Assembly (NCBI GenBank): GCA_038523235.1
Contig: JBCBJQ010000088.1
Location: forward strand, 1 to 25,494
Reading direction: 5' to 3'
DNA: 25,494 nucleotides
Source of the DNA: Cyanobacteria bacterium J06626_4
GTDB taxonomy: Bacteria > Cyanobacteriota > Cyanobacteriia > Phormidesmidales > Phormidesmidaceae
Position numbers and translations under genes: made by a program. Of this stretch, positions 9,515-18,651 are shown one piece after another. How positions within the stretch are numbered: position 1 is the stretch's first letter; the number at the start of each line of letters is the position of its first letter. The notes below the pieces were generated by a model that saw only the letters and a list, made by a program, of their open reading frames with translations, was not told where the DNA came from and made no database searches.

Positions 9515-10585
9515 TTAGGTCGGTTGAGAGCCCGTGCGCTCTAGGCCGAGCTGCACCAGTCGATCAACCAGGTCTTCAAACGCGACACCGCTGGCCTGCC
9601 ACAGCATCGGGTACATGCTGGTTTGGGTAAAACCCGGCAGAGTATTGATTTCGTTGAGATAAATCGCGCCGGTCGCTGCTTCATAAAAGAAATCGACCCG
9701 TGATAGCCCCGCGGCATCCACCGCTTGAAACGCCTGCACCGCCATTTCTTGAATTTGCTGAACAATCGCGGTGGGCAAGTCAGCGGGAATCGCCAGATCC
9801 GCCTGCCCCGCCGTATATTTGGTCTCGTAATCGTAAAAGTCGCTGCTGAAGGTGATTTCACCCACCACAGAGGCTTTGGGCACATCATTGCCCAGCACCG
9901 CACATTCCACCTCACGGGCCGTCACCCCGGCTTCCACAATTAATCGGCGGTCATAGCTGGCAGCACTATCTAGCGCGGCTTCCAGTTCCTGCCGCGATCG
10001 CACCTTAGCAATCCCGACTGAGGAGCCCAAGTTCGCCGGTTTCACAAACATGGGATAGCCCAGCTCGGTCTCAATGCGATCGCCCAGCTTCGGAAACACA
10101 CAAGGATTAGACCACACCTCGGCCCGCGACACAGCCACATACTTCACCTGGGGCAGTCCCGCCTGGGCAAAGGCCGTTTTCATCGCTAGCTTATCCATAC
10201 CCACCGCTGACCCCAGCACGCCAGAGCCCACAAACGGCTTCTGCAGCAGCGACAGCAGCCCCTGAATTGTGCCGTCTTCGCCATTGGGGCCATGCAGCAC
10301 TGGAAACCACACATCAATCCCGTCAATCTGTTGGGCATCGGGCAACCGACTCGCAGCCGTTACCGTTCCTTCATCAGCCAACGCCTGCCCAGATTGCAAA
10401 ACACCAGCCGCCTCATCGCCAAACTGCCAAACGCCAGCCTTAGTGATGTAAACCGGCACCACAGCATACTTACCTTGATTGTGGCCACGCGACAGCGCCC
10501 CCGCGATCGCCTGGGCTGAGCAGATCGACACTTCGTGCTCGCCAGAGCAACCGCCAAACAATAAGCCCACCTGACACTTTGCCAT
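9515..10585 (-). CDS. ddl: D-alanine--D-alanine ligase
   Basis: [43 protein letters not shown] and [10 protein letters not shown] motifs. ATG at 10585. Confidence 0.96.
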   Translation of the reverse strand: MAKCQVGLLFGGCSGEHEVSICSAQAIAGALSRGHNQGKYAVVPVYITKAGVWQFGDEAAGVLQSGQALADEGTVTAASRLPDAQQIDGIDVWFPVLHGPNGEDGTIQGLLSLLQKPFVGSGVLGSAVGMDKLAMKTAFAQAGLPQVKYVAVSRAEVWSNPCVFPKLGDRIETELGYPMFVKPANLGSSVGIAKVRSRQELEAALDSAASYDRRLIVEAGVTAREVECAVLGNDVPKASVVGEITFSSDFYDYETKYTAGQADLAIPADLPTAIVQQIQEMAVQAFQAVDAAGLSRVDFFYEAATGAIYLNEINTLPGFTQTSMYPMLWQASGVAFEDLVDRLVQLGLERTGSQPT

Positions 10586-10785
10586 GTCTGCCCTCTTGCC
10601 CTTGGCTAGGATGATTTGCAATAAGCCTCATTGGCTAGGACGCGGTGAAGATCATCACGATGCCCAGGCCACCGACTCAATGTCTAAGTATTCCTATCAC
10701 GTCAAAGGTGATTTGCAAATGCACCGAGTCGGCGATCGCCCTTGCTCTCACCATCTTGGCACTGCTTCGTCGCGACACCCTGCCA

Positions 10786-11166
10786 CTAAGCGGCTGGCAG
10801 CGACACGACCAAGGTCAGATAACTACAAAATGCCAAACAGCACAGCAGCAAAAAGGCTAAGACGCGATTGCGAGCATTGATTGCCCCACCAATAGCAGCC
10901 CACAGCAGATTGGAAAAGCAAAAACCAAATACTAGCGACCATAGGCCAGGGAAGAATCCTGGAAAGTACCGATAGATAAAACTGCCCGACACCACAGTTG
11001 GAAACAATAGCCAAAGTGGTACTTGAAATACAGGGCCAGCAACAGCCAAAGGCAGCAAGATAAATACCACCATGGTCGCTGCTAGATGGCTTAAACTTCC
11101 TCTACCGGCACCTTTCAACCATAGTGACTGGCGCGATTCTGGCTGCGGTTCTCGCACTGTCTTCAC
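10786..11166 (-). CDS. hypothetical integral membrane protein
   Basis: 126 aa with 3-4 hydrophobic segments; GTG start. Confidence 0.55.
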   Translation of the reverse strand: MKTVREPQPESRQSLWLKGAGRGSLSHLAATMVVFILLPLAVAGPVFQVPLWLLFPTVVSGSFIYRYFPGFFPGLWSLVFGFCFSNLLWAAIGGAINARNRVLAFLLLCCLAFCSYLTLVVSLPAA

Positions 11167-11509
11167 CGCTTTCTAGAGATTGCTGACAAAAGGGTTGAAC
11201 ACATTTCTACCTGTAAGTATATTGGCTCACAAATGCCAGGGCCAATGCTTGCAAACGGCTCAATTTTAAGCTCACATTCTTTGTGATGAGAAGACATCTC
11301 GGCTCACATAACCGAAATAGTGGACTCAAAATAGCTGCTCCGCGCTGCAACTTTTCACCCTCTCACAAGCGAGGGAACCCAGAGGGAACGGGAAATCACC
11401 CCTACTCTAACCTCCGGCAGGAAAGTCAAATCGGCTCTGCTGAGGATGCCGAGTGTGGCATTGCAAGCAAAGCCCTTAGCTGGGAATTAAAGACAGTATG
11501 CTGAGGAAC

Positions 11510-11545
11510 AAAAAAAGCCCCGAGTCTCATCAAGAGGCTCAGGGC
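11510..11545 (-). terminator. intrinsic terminator (minus strand)
   Basis: GCCCTGAGCCTC-TTGAT-GAGACTCGGGGC stem followed by a T7 run on the minus strand. Confidence 0.7.
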
Positions 11546-11575
11546 GCGACAATCAGGGTGCATCTACCACTACAG
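11510..11575 (-). ncRNA. candidate small regulatory RNA
   Basis: Orphan terminator with no convincing same-strand gene upstream, preceded by GGTAGATGCACCCTGATTGTCGC. The 5' end is a guess. Confidence 0.4.
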
Positions 11576-12045
11576 CTTTCACCAGAGCCGCGACCAATCC
11601 GGAAGATCTGGGATTGGTCAGTCGATGACGGCAAGGGGCACGAATAAACCGATCGCGCCTGCCCCCCGAAGTTGCGGTGATCGCCACAATATGACCCAAC
11701 CCATCTCAGGATTCAACACGGTTACAGCTAAGCAACGCGATCACTCGGGGCTCTGCGAATTGAGTCATGCTCTATCGCCGGGCAACTTCATCGCTAGGAT
11801 TGACGTCATATTTTAGTAACCATTCTGTCCACCGCTGAGAAAGTTCCAGAATTTGCTTGAACTGTCAGTTAAAACCCTGGCCATCATCGGGTTTTAATGA
11901 TGTGGGGTGTATTACGATCGCGGCTGCAAGCGTCCGGTTCAAAATAAGCAACAGAAAATTTTGCCTGAGCGGGCAATCTCACCGGAAGGCTTCTGAGCGT
12001 GTTTGTAAATTAGATAAGACTCGCGATTCTTTGATGAGTAAAGCT

Positions 12046-12447
12046 ATGAAAAAACTGATATTTGGCATCGGCATACTTGGCGTCGGCATCATTGCAACTT
12101 GCCTTTCTTACACCGAATCATACTTCCCTTTGTATCCTGAGATAGATACTGTTTTACCACCCAATTTCACTCAAAATTTTCACACGATTACACCTGGAAT
12201 GAAGGTCAATGATGTCGACTCTCTACTTGGACAGCCCATCCATGTTTATCAACGAGATGTGTCGGTGGCCTTACGAGAAGACCTGAACCAGGTTTTCCAA
12301 CAGTCACCCGGTGTCGTGCAATCCTGTTGGCAATATGGCTCCGATGGCGCTTCCCCGGTGTGGGACTTTGCCTGGCTTTCCTACAATGTTTGTTTTGATA
12401 GCGAAGATCAAGTGATTGAGACAGGGGTCGCGGTATACCACGACTAG
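12046..12447 (+). CDS. exported protein, SmpA/OmlA(BamE)-like fold possible
   Basis: Signal-like MKKLIFGIGILGVGIIATC; pattern F..I.PGM....V..LLG.P...W.Y. Confidence 0.65.
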   Translation: MKKLIFGIGILGVGIIATCLSYTESYFPLYPEIDTVLPPNFTQNFHTITPGMKVNDVDSLLGQPIHVYQRDVSVALREDLNQVFQQSPGVVQSCWQYGSDGASPVWDFAWLSYNVCFDSEDQVIETGVAVYHD

Positions 12448-12657
12448 GGGCGGTCATTACCTCAAGCTGAGGGCACAAATCAATGTTGATTCCAAGCCCA
12501 ACGCTCTCTTCATGAGTGTCACCACCGCAGCGATAACGGCCTTTGGGCCGCTGCTAGTCAAAGCAACTCTTAAAGCCACCATCAGAGTGGGTACAGCCGT
12601 GTTGGGATAGCCCAAAGTTGCGATCTCAGACTCAGACCCGCTCACCACCGACTGGCC

Positions 12658-13236
12658 ATGAAGCAATTTCTCATTCCCTGGAGTTTAATTAGTCCCGGCT
12701 GCCTGATCCTGATTGCAGGCTTCCTGCAAGCGGGACAAATTACCTGGTATCCAGCCTCTCCAGAGCGAATGCTCTCGCTGGCGATTTATGGCGCGTATTG
12801 GGTAATGGCCAGCAGTTTGCAAAGTCTCCTACTCTGGCGGGTGCAGGGGCCTTCATTCGCTCTGAAATGGGGGTTGACCACTGCCATCACCGGATTTACC
12901 CTGATGCTAGCCCATGATCTAGTCGTGTTAGACGTGTTAGGCGTCAACACTCGTGGGCAAGGGAGTCTGTTCCTGATTCTCAGCTTGCCAGTGCTGGCCA
13001 TCTTCGGAGGGCTAGTTTTAGGGTTCGCGCAATTTCGATTGATCCGCCATCTGCATCCAGCAAATCGGCACAACTCTGGATTACACCGCACCTGGTTTTT
13101 AGCCAGTTGGGTCTCTTGGGGGCTGGGCTTTTTCTGCGTCTTTTTTGGCAATGGCATGTTGCTGGCATTGCTCTTGCTGGCAGCGATCGGCACGGCACTT
13201 AAAGGGGTATTTCTCAGGCCATATCTCGGCATCTAG
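12658..13236 (+). CDS. hypothetical multi-pass membrane protein
   Basis: 192 aa with about 6 hydrophobic helices and repeated Q..LL...W motifs. Confidence 0.75.
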   Translation: MKQFLIPWSLISPGCLILIAGFLQAGQITWYPASPERMLSLAIYGAYWVMASSLQSLLLWRVQGPSFALKWGLTTAITGFTLMLAHDLVVLDVLGVNTRGQGSLFLILSLPVLAIFGGLVLGFAQFRLIRHLHPANRHNSGLHRTWFLASWVSWGLGFFCVFFGNGMLLALLLLAAIGTALKGVFLRPYLGI

Positions 13237-13333
13237 TTAGGCGGAGTCATGCAACCAGTGTCGCGATCGCTCAATAAGCTGCTCATATAGCCAGCCGCCG
13301 TTAAGTTGTTTTTTGCGCATTATTGCCCCCCCT

Positions 13334-13498
13334 TAAGTAGCTGGGTCAAATTAAGTGTTAAACCGGTCGCTGATTTCGACTCCGCTCAATCAGCTATATT
13401 GCTTGCCAAGTCAAACGTTGAGGGTTGAGCGGAGCCGTTCGCAACGCGTCTCCGTGAGGAGCAAACCCGTCTGCAAGATGCTTGTACCTACCTACTTA
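13334..13498. mobile_element. MITE-like element with internal REP/SDR-like repeats
   Basis: Imperfect terminal inverted repeats TAAGTAGCTGGGT / ACCTACCTACTTA; internal TTCGACTCCGCTCAA / TTGAGCGGAGCCG inverted pair. Confidence 0.6.
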
Positions 13499-13504
13499 CA
13501 GGGT

Positions 13505-15448
13505 TCATCCTCGCAGCAACCTTAACCCGTTCAAGGTCACCAGCAATGTTGAACCTTCATGGCCCAACACTCCGGCGGGCAGCGTCAGTTCACCCAGAAA
13601 ATTGGCGATCATCAACAGGACGATGGAGGTCAGGGCAATCGCGATATTTTGCCGAATGATGCGCCGGGAGCGTTTGCCAATGCGAATGGCCTGCTCTAGT
13701 TTTTCTAGGCGATCGGCCATCAGGACAATATCCGCAGTCTCTAGGGCGACATCACTGCCCGCGCCGCCCATGGCGATACCCACCGCAGCTTGGGCCAGAG
13801 CCGGAGCGTCGTTGATGCCATCGCCGACCATCGCCACGGTGCGATATTGCTGCTGCAGTTGCTGAATCACGCTCACCTTGTCTTCGGGTAAGAGATTGGC
13901 GTAAACCCGATCGACCCCCACACTTCGAGCCACAGTTTGGGCGGTGGCGTCGTTGTCCCCCGTCAGCATGACGGTTGCCGAGATGCCGAGCGGGCGGAGA
14001 CGGTCGAGTAATCGGGCAGCCGTCGGACGCACCTGATCGGCCACGGCCAGTAGCCCCAGAACCTGGTCGTGCTGGCTCACCCAAATCACGGTTTTACCTG
14101 CTTGTTCGAGCTGTTGGCTGGTTTGGCGCAGCGCCGATGACAGAGGAGCCGCCACTGCATCAGCGATGACAAACGTGGGCTTCCCCAACCGCACAGATAC
14201 CTCATTCAACGTCCCGACGATGCCCTGACCGACTTCAGCCTGCACCGTCTGGAGCGGCAATAGCGGTAGTTTTTGGCGGTGCGCCGCCTGCACCACAGCT
14301 TGCGCAATGGGATGTTCGGAATAGCTTTCCAACGAGGCCGCCACCTGGAGCACTTGGTCAGGCTCCACACCGGGGGCCGGAATCAGGTCACTGACCTGAA
14401 GGATGCCAGTGGTCAGGGTGCCGGTTTTATCAAAGGCGATCGCCTGCACTTGCCCCAGGGTTTCTAGCTGCGCCCCGTCTTTGAACAAGATGCCCTGGCG
14501 TGCCCCGCGAGCAATACCCGACAGCAACGTTGGCATAATCGCCGCCATCAACGCGCAGGGTGATGCCACCACGAGAAAAACCAGCATACGGTAGAGGGTG
14601 GTTTCCCAGGTCCACTGCCACAGCAGCGGCGGCAAGAACGCTAGTAGCAGAGCCGCCCCCACGATGATCTTGGCGTAGCCGCGCTCAAAGGTCTCTAAAA
14701 ACTGCTGGGAGGGCGGGGCGGTGTTTTGGGCCTGCTCGACCAGACGAATCACCCGTTGAATCAGGCTGCTTTCCGGCGGCTTGTGGAGTTCGATAGTCAA
14801 CGCGCCAGTCCCATTGATGCTGCCCGCAAACACCTCATCGCCGAGCGCCTTCTCCACCGGAATGGACTCTCCCGTAATCGGCGCTTGATTGACCGCGCTC
14901 TGGCCTTCTTGAACCAGGCCATCCGTTGGCATCAGCTCCCCCGGTTTGACCAGAATGCGATCGCCCACCCGCAATTGAGCGGTAGGCACCATCTGCTCTT
15001 GGTTCTGGGCGATTGTTCGGGCGGTATCCGGCGTCAACTGCATCAAACTGCGAATGTTGCGTTCGGTGCGCTGCATGGCGATGCTTTCCAACGCTCCACT
15101 AATGGCAAAAATCAAGATCAGTACGGCGCCATCCACCAGCAGGTAATATTGCTGCTGCCACAACCCGAGAATCGCCGCCCCCAACGCCGCCACAATCATC
15201 AACAGATCGACATCCAGTTCGTGCTCTTGCCAGAGCGTCGTCAAGCCTTCGCGGGCACTCTCAAAGCCCCCAATGACATACGCCGCCAACAGCACCCAAA
15301 CCCCCACGCCGACCCAGTTACCCCCCAGAGCTAGCCAGCCCAATAGTGTCAGCAAGCCGCAGGTGCCCGCCGCGATCGCTTCAGGAAAGGTTGGTAGCCA
15401 GCGCCACCAGGGTTGCTGGATTTGAGGAACTGCACCGGAAGTCGCCAT
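13505..15448 (-). CDS. coaT: heavy-metal P1B-4 type ATPase (cobalt exporter CoaT/CorT)
   Basis: TGES, SPC (VASPCAL), DKTGT, SEHP, GDGINDAP and HEGST motifs; no N-terminal metal-binding domain; linked to coaR. Confidence 0.92.
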   Translation of the reverse strand: MATSGAVPQIQQPWWRWLPTFPEAIAAGTCGLLTLLGWLALGGNWVGVGVWVLLAAYVIGGFESAREGLTTLWQEHELDVDLLMIVAALGAAILGLWQQQYYLLVDGAVLILIFAISGALESIAMQRTERNIRSLMQLTPDTARTIAQNQEQMVPTAQLRVGDRILVKPGELMPTDGLVQEGQSAVNQAPITGESIPVEKALGDEVFAGSINGTGALTIELHKPPESSLIQRVIRLVEQAQNTAPPSQQFLETFERGYAKIIVGAALLLAFLPPLLWQWTWETTLYRMLVFLVVASPCALMAAIMPTLLSGIARGARQGILFKDGAQLETLGQVQAIAFDKTGTLTTGILQVSDLIPAPGVEPDQVLQVAASLESYSEHPIAQAVVQAAHRQKLPLLPLQTVQAEVGQGIVGTLNEVSVRLGKPTFVIADAVAAPLSSALRQTSQQLEQAGKTVIWVSQHDQVLGLLAVADQVRPTAARLLDRLRPLGISATVMLTGDNDATAQTVARSVGVDRVYANLLPEDKVSVIQQLQQQYRTVAMVGDGINDAPALAQAAVGIAMGGAGSDVALETADIVLMADRLEKLEQAIRIGKRSRRIIRQNIAIALTSIVLLMIANFLGELTLPAGVLGHEGSTLLVTLNGLRLLRG

Positions 15449-15481
15449 GTCGTCTCAAGTCTCTTGATCACGTCATGGCCA

Positions 15482-15513
15482 AGGATAAACCTTGACATTG
15501 ATGTCAAGGTCAA
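15482..15513 (-). promoter_or_regulatory. CoaR operator-promoter copy 1 (drives coaT)
   Basis: Minus strand TTGACC-20 bp-TATCCT, overlapping the perfect palindrome ACCTTGACAT-N2-ATGTCAAGGT (15489-15510). The long spacer is the MerR-family hallmark. Confidence 0.88.
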
Positions 15514-15597
15514 GCCTGTACTTATCACCTAATCGTTTACCCCGTAATTAGCTAGGGCATCATTGCAGCAGCATTCAATTTTCTGCGAGGTGCGCTT

Positions 15598-16938
15598 GTG
15601 AGAGTTCGGTGGTTTTCTGTCGTCGGATCATTGCTGTTGATCGCTGTCTGGCAAAGTGGTCTTAACGCTTCGTTCAAAGATGGGGCGGACCGTTTCGCTA
15701 TGCCACGGCTGGACCTAGAGAATGCGGTTCAAGCAGAATCTTTAGACACCTTTTCGATTGAGCCTGTTGGCAGTTTTCCCGGTCGTTTGAGCAACTTTAT
15801 CCCAGATGATCGAGGAGTGGTGATGTATGAATCTGATGCCAACCAGATTCGCCTATTCAGCTTCGATGGCGCTGAGTTACTGTCATTCAGCGATACCATC
15901 ATCCAGTTTGCTCCGAATGGCCAGGTGATGGCGCTGATGTCACCTAGAGGATATGGCGCAGTATCAAATCCGTATACGACACGCTTGATGACGCTTGAGG
16001 GTACGGAAATTGCCAGCTTTCCCGGTTTGGAGCCGAGCTTCGTACCAGATACCGAACTACTCACTATTCTCGACCAAGACGAGGAGCGCTCCCGGCTGGT
16101 CAACTTTGCGGGAGAAGAAGTCGCTGTACTTGAAGGCAGCTACTTTGACGCAGCGCTAGGGCCGCAAGATATCGTCACCTTTTCTAGGACTGCAAACCGA
16201 TACTACCTGTATGACCTGAACGGAGTTGAGATAGCCTCTTTTCCGGGCGGTATTGGGCGCTGGAGAGCAATGCCAGATAACCAAAGCGTCCTTGTTTCTG
16301 AAGCGGGACAGACGCGCTGGTTTGACCGCAACGGCGTTGAACTGGCAACCTATCCGGGGCGTATCACCGGAACGCTATCGGACGGCCAAGCCATTTTTCT
16401 ACACTCCCAGGCAGAAAATATTTCTCGTCTAGTGAATCTTGACGGTGAAGAAATTGCCTCGTACGCAGGTCAGTTTGTCACCTTAACGCCCGATCACCAG
16501 GGAATTGTAACGCGCCCATCTGAGATCGGGGAAACCCGAATCTACACCCTTGATGGCACAGAGGTTGCTGTGATGCCAGATGCCTTTAGGGAATTTAGCC
16601 CCGATGGTGAAGGCATGTTCGTGAGTGCTTACAACCCGCAAAACCCTGATGACCAAAAGACGGGTATTTATACGTTGGAGGGCGATGAAATCGCAACCTT
16701 TACTGGCACATTCATCGCGTTTTGGCCTGAATTAGAAATCATCCTTACCTCTACGTCTCAGCGGCTAGAGAATGGAGAATGGTTCATTCAAACCCATCTG
16801 TATAGCCTGGATGGAGAAGCGCTGGCCACAATCGAAGGTGGATTTGCTGGCCTCTTACCCCACTCCGACCTTCTGGCTGTCTTCTCTAATGTCTCGCCTC
16901 TAACCACCGAGTTGTATCGCATTCGCATGGGCGAGTGA
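15598..16938 (+). CDS. secreted WD40-like beta-propeller repeat protein, paralog A
   Basis: Signal-like N-terminus, GAGGT RBS, GTG start; nine ~36-42 aa repeats of type RL(Y/F)xLDGxEIAxFxG...FxPDG. Confidence 0.85.
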   Translation: MRVRWFSVVGSLLLIAVWQSGLNASFKDGADRFAMPRLDLENAVQAESLDTFSIEPVGSFPGRLSNFIPDDRGVVMYESDANQIRLFSFDGAELLSFSDTIIQFAPNGQVMALMSPRGYGAVSNPYTTRLMTLEGTEIASFPGLEPSFVPDTELLTILDQDEERSRLVNFAGEEVAVLEGSYFDAALGPQDIVTFSRTANRYYLYDLNGVEIASFPGGIGRWRAMPDNQSVLVSEAGQTRWFDRNGVELATYPGRITGTLSDGQAIFLHSQAENISRLVNLDGEEIASYAGQFVTLTPDHQGIVTRPSEIGETRIYTLDGTEVAVMPDAFREFSPDGEGMFVSAYNPQNPDDQKTGIYTLEGDEIATFTGTFIAFWPELEIILTSTSQRLENGEWFIQTHLYSLDGEALATIEGGFAGLLPHSDLLAVFSNVSPLTTELYRIRMGE

Positions 16939-16986
16939 GGGCGATCGCCTTGTTACAAGCTTGCGACAACATCACCGCGGCTCAAA

Positions 16987-17018
16987 CGGATAAACCTTGA
17001 CATCAATGTCAAGGTCAA
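16987..17018. promoter_or_regulatory. CoaR operator copy 2
   Basis: Perfect ACCTTGACAT-CA-ATGTCAAGGT at 16994-17015. Minus-strand -35 TTGACC is retained; -10 reads TATCCG. Confidence 0.85.
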
Positions 17019-17030
17019 GCCTATGGATGC

Positions 17031-17081
17031 ACCCATCCACTCCCCACTCCCCCGACTCCCTCACTCATCCACCCATCCACC
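17031..17081 (+). repeat. short tandem C-rich repeats (STRR-like)
   Basis: Degenerate CCCATCCA/CCCACTC units. Confidence 0.6.
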
Positions 17082-17118
17082 GCCTAGAACCGAGACATCA
17101 TCTTCCTGCCAATTTCCC

Positions 17119-17148
17119 ATGCTGACTACCCAACAACCCACCGAATAA
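17119..17148 (+). pseudogene. decayed copy of the first codons of coaR
   Basis: ATGCTGACTACCCAACAACCCACCGAAT versus the coaR start ATGCTGACTATTAAGCAACTCACCCAAT; ends in TAA. Confidence 0.6.
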
Positions 17149-17201
17149 TGAGTCAGGCCATGATTGCTGTAGCCGCATTCAATCAGCAGTGAGGTTTATT
17201 T

Positions 17202-18569
17202 ATGAAAATTCGGTGGTTTCACGTGACAGGGCTATTCCTCTTAATCGCGGTTGTGCAAAGCGGGATGCACGCCTCATTTGGAACCGGGACAGACCGTTTC
17301 GCTAGGCCCTTGCCATTGCTAGCGCAGACAGTCACGGCAGAGTCCTTAAGCACTTTTTCGATTGAGCCGGTGGGTAGTTTTCCCGGTGGTTTTAGGCGCT
17401 TTGTCCCCAATGACCAAGGAGTGGCGACTTATGAAGCGGATGACGATTTGACTCGCCTATTCAGTTTCGATGGTACTGAGTTGCTGTCATTGAGCGGTAA
17501 CAGCCTCCAGTTTGCTCCGAATGGTCAGATCATGACGCTTGAATTAGCACCTCCGCTGGCTACAGTTCGCTTGATGACGTCAGAGGGGACAGAAATTGCA
17601 AGTTTTCCAGGAAGATGGGCAAGATTTGTACCCGATACCGAACTGCTGATCATTCGGAATCCAGACGATCAGCGATCGCGGCTGGTTAACCTGGCGGGAG
17701 AAGAACTCGCCGTGCTTGAGGGCATATACTTGGGCGAGGCGTTGGGGCCGCGAGATATCGTCACCGTTTCCAGAACCGCCAACGGAGACTACCTGTATCA
17801 CCTGTATGACCTTGAGGGGGGTGAGATAGCTTCTTTTCCAGGGGATATCGAAAGTTGGACGGCGATGCCAGACCACCAGAGCGTTCTCGTGTCTGAAGCC
17901 GGGCAGACGCGCTGGTTTGACCGCAATGGCGTTGAGCTGGCAACTTTTCCAGGGTATATCGCCGGAACGCTACCCGATGGTCAAGCCATTTTTCTAGTCG
18001 GTTCCCTAAGGGAAAACAGCACTCGTTTAGTCAGTCTTGACGGTGAAGAAATGGTCTCGTACACGGGTTGGTTCGTTACCTTAACGCCCAATCATCAGGG
18101 CATTGTGACGAATTCATTGAAAGACAGTAAAACCCGAATCTACGCCCTTGATGGCACGGAGATTGCCGTCATATCGGGATACTTTAGGGGATTTAGCCCC
18201 AATGGTGAAGGCGTGATTGTCGATATTGCCAATACTGACTCTGATGATGATCAAAGGACGGGTCTCTATACGTTAGAGGGCGGTGAAATCGCTACCTTTG
18301 CTGGTGCATTTAGAGCATTCTGGCCTGAGTTAGACATCGTCATTACGGCTTCTTCTCAGCGGCTAGATACCGGGGAATTGTTCTGGCAAACCCATTTGTA
18401 TCGTCTCGATGGAGAAGCGCTAGCCACTGTCGAAGGAAGCACGCTAGTCACGCTAGTCCGATTCGAAGTTGGCTCTGACAACATCTCACCGACTCAGGAA
18501 CTCTTGGCTGTCTCCTCTAATGCCTCGCCTCCAACCACCGAGTTGTATCGCATTCGCATGGGCGAGTGA
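17202..18569 (+). CDS. secreted WD40-like beta-propeller repeat protein, paralog B
   Basis: Collinear with paralog A from start to stop; same repeat pattern, GAGGT RBS and identical C-terminus TTELYRIRMGE. Confidence 0.87.
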   Translation: MKIRWFHVTGLFLLIAVVQSGMHASFGTGTDRFARPLPLLAQTVTAESLSTFSIEPVGSFPGGFRRFVPNDQGVATYEADDDLTRLFSFDGTELLSLSGNSLQFAPNGQIMTLELAPPLATVRLMTSEGTEIASFPGRWARFVPDTELLIIRNPDDQRSRLVNLAGEELAVLEGIYLGEALGPRDIVTVSRTANGDYLYHLYDLEGGEIASFPGDIESWTAMPDHQSVLVSEAGQTRWFDRNGVELATFPGYIAGTLPDGQAIFLVGSLRENSTRLVSLDGEEMVSYTGWFVTLTPNHQGIVTNSLKDSKTRIYALDGTEIAVISGYFRGFSPNGEGVIVDIANTDSDDDQRTGLYTLEGGEIATFAGAFRAFWPELDIVITASSQRLDTGELFWQTHLYRLDGEALATVEGSTLVTLVRFEVGSDNISPTQELLAVSSNASPPTTELYRIRMGE

Positions 18570-18615
18570 GGGCGATCGCCTCGACTGACCTCCGCCGACA
18601 TCGTCACGGCTCAAG

Positions 18616-18647
18616 CGAATAAACCTTGACATTGATGTTAAGGTCAA
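18616..18647. promoter_or_regulatory. CoaR operator copy 3
   Basis: ACCTTGACAT-TG-ATGTTAAGGT at 18623-18644 (one mismatch), 7 nt before the coaR ATG. Minus-strand -10 reads TATTCG. Confidence 0.85.
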
Positions 18648-18651
18648 GTCT

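Noticed and set aside
15598..18569. Diversity-generating retroelement or integron as the source of paralog variation
   Set aside because: No reverse transcriptase, template repeat, integron integrase or attC structure is visible in the window, and the differences include indels spread over the whole gene.
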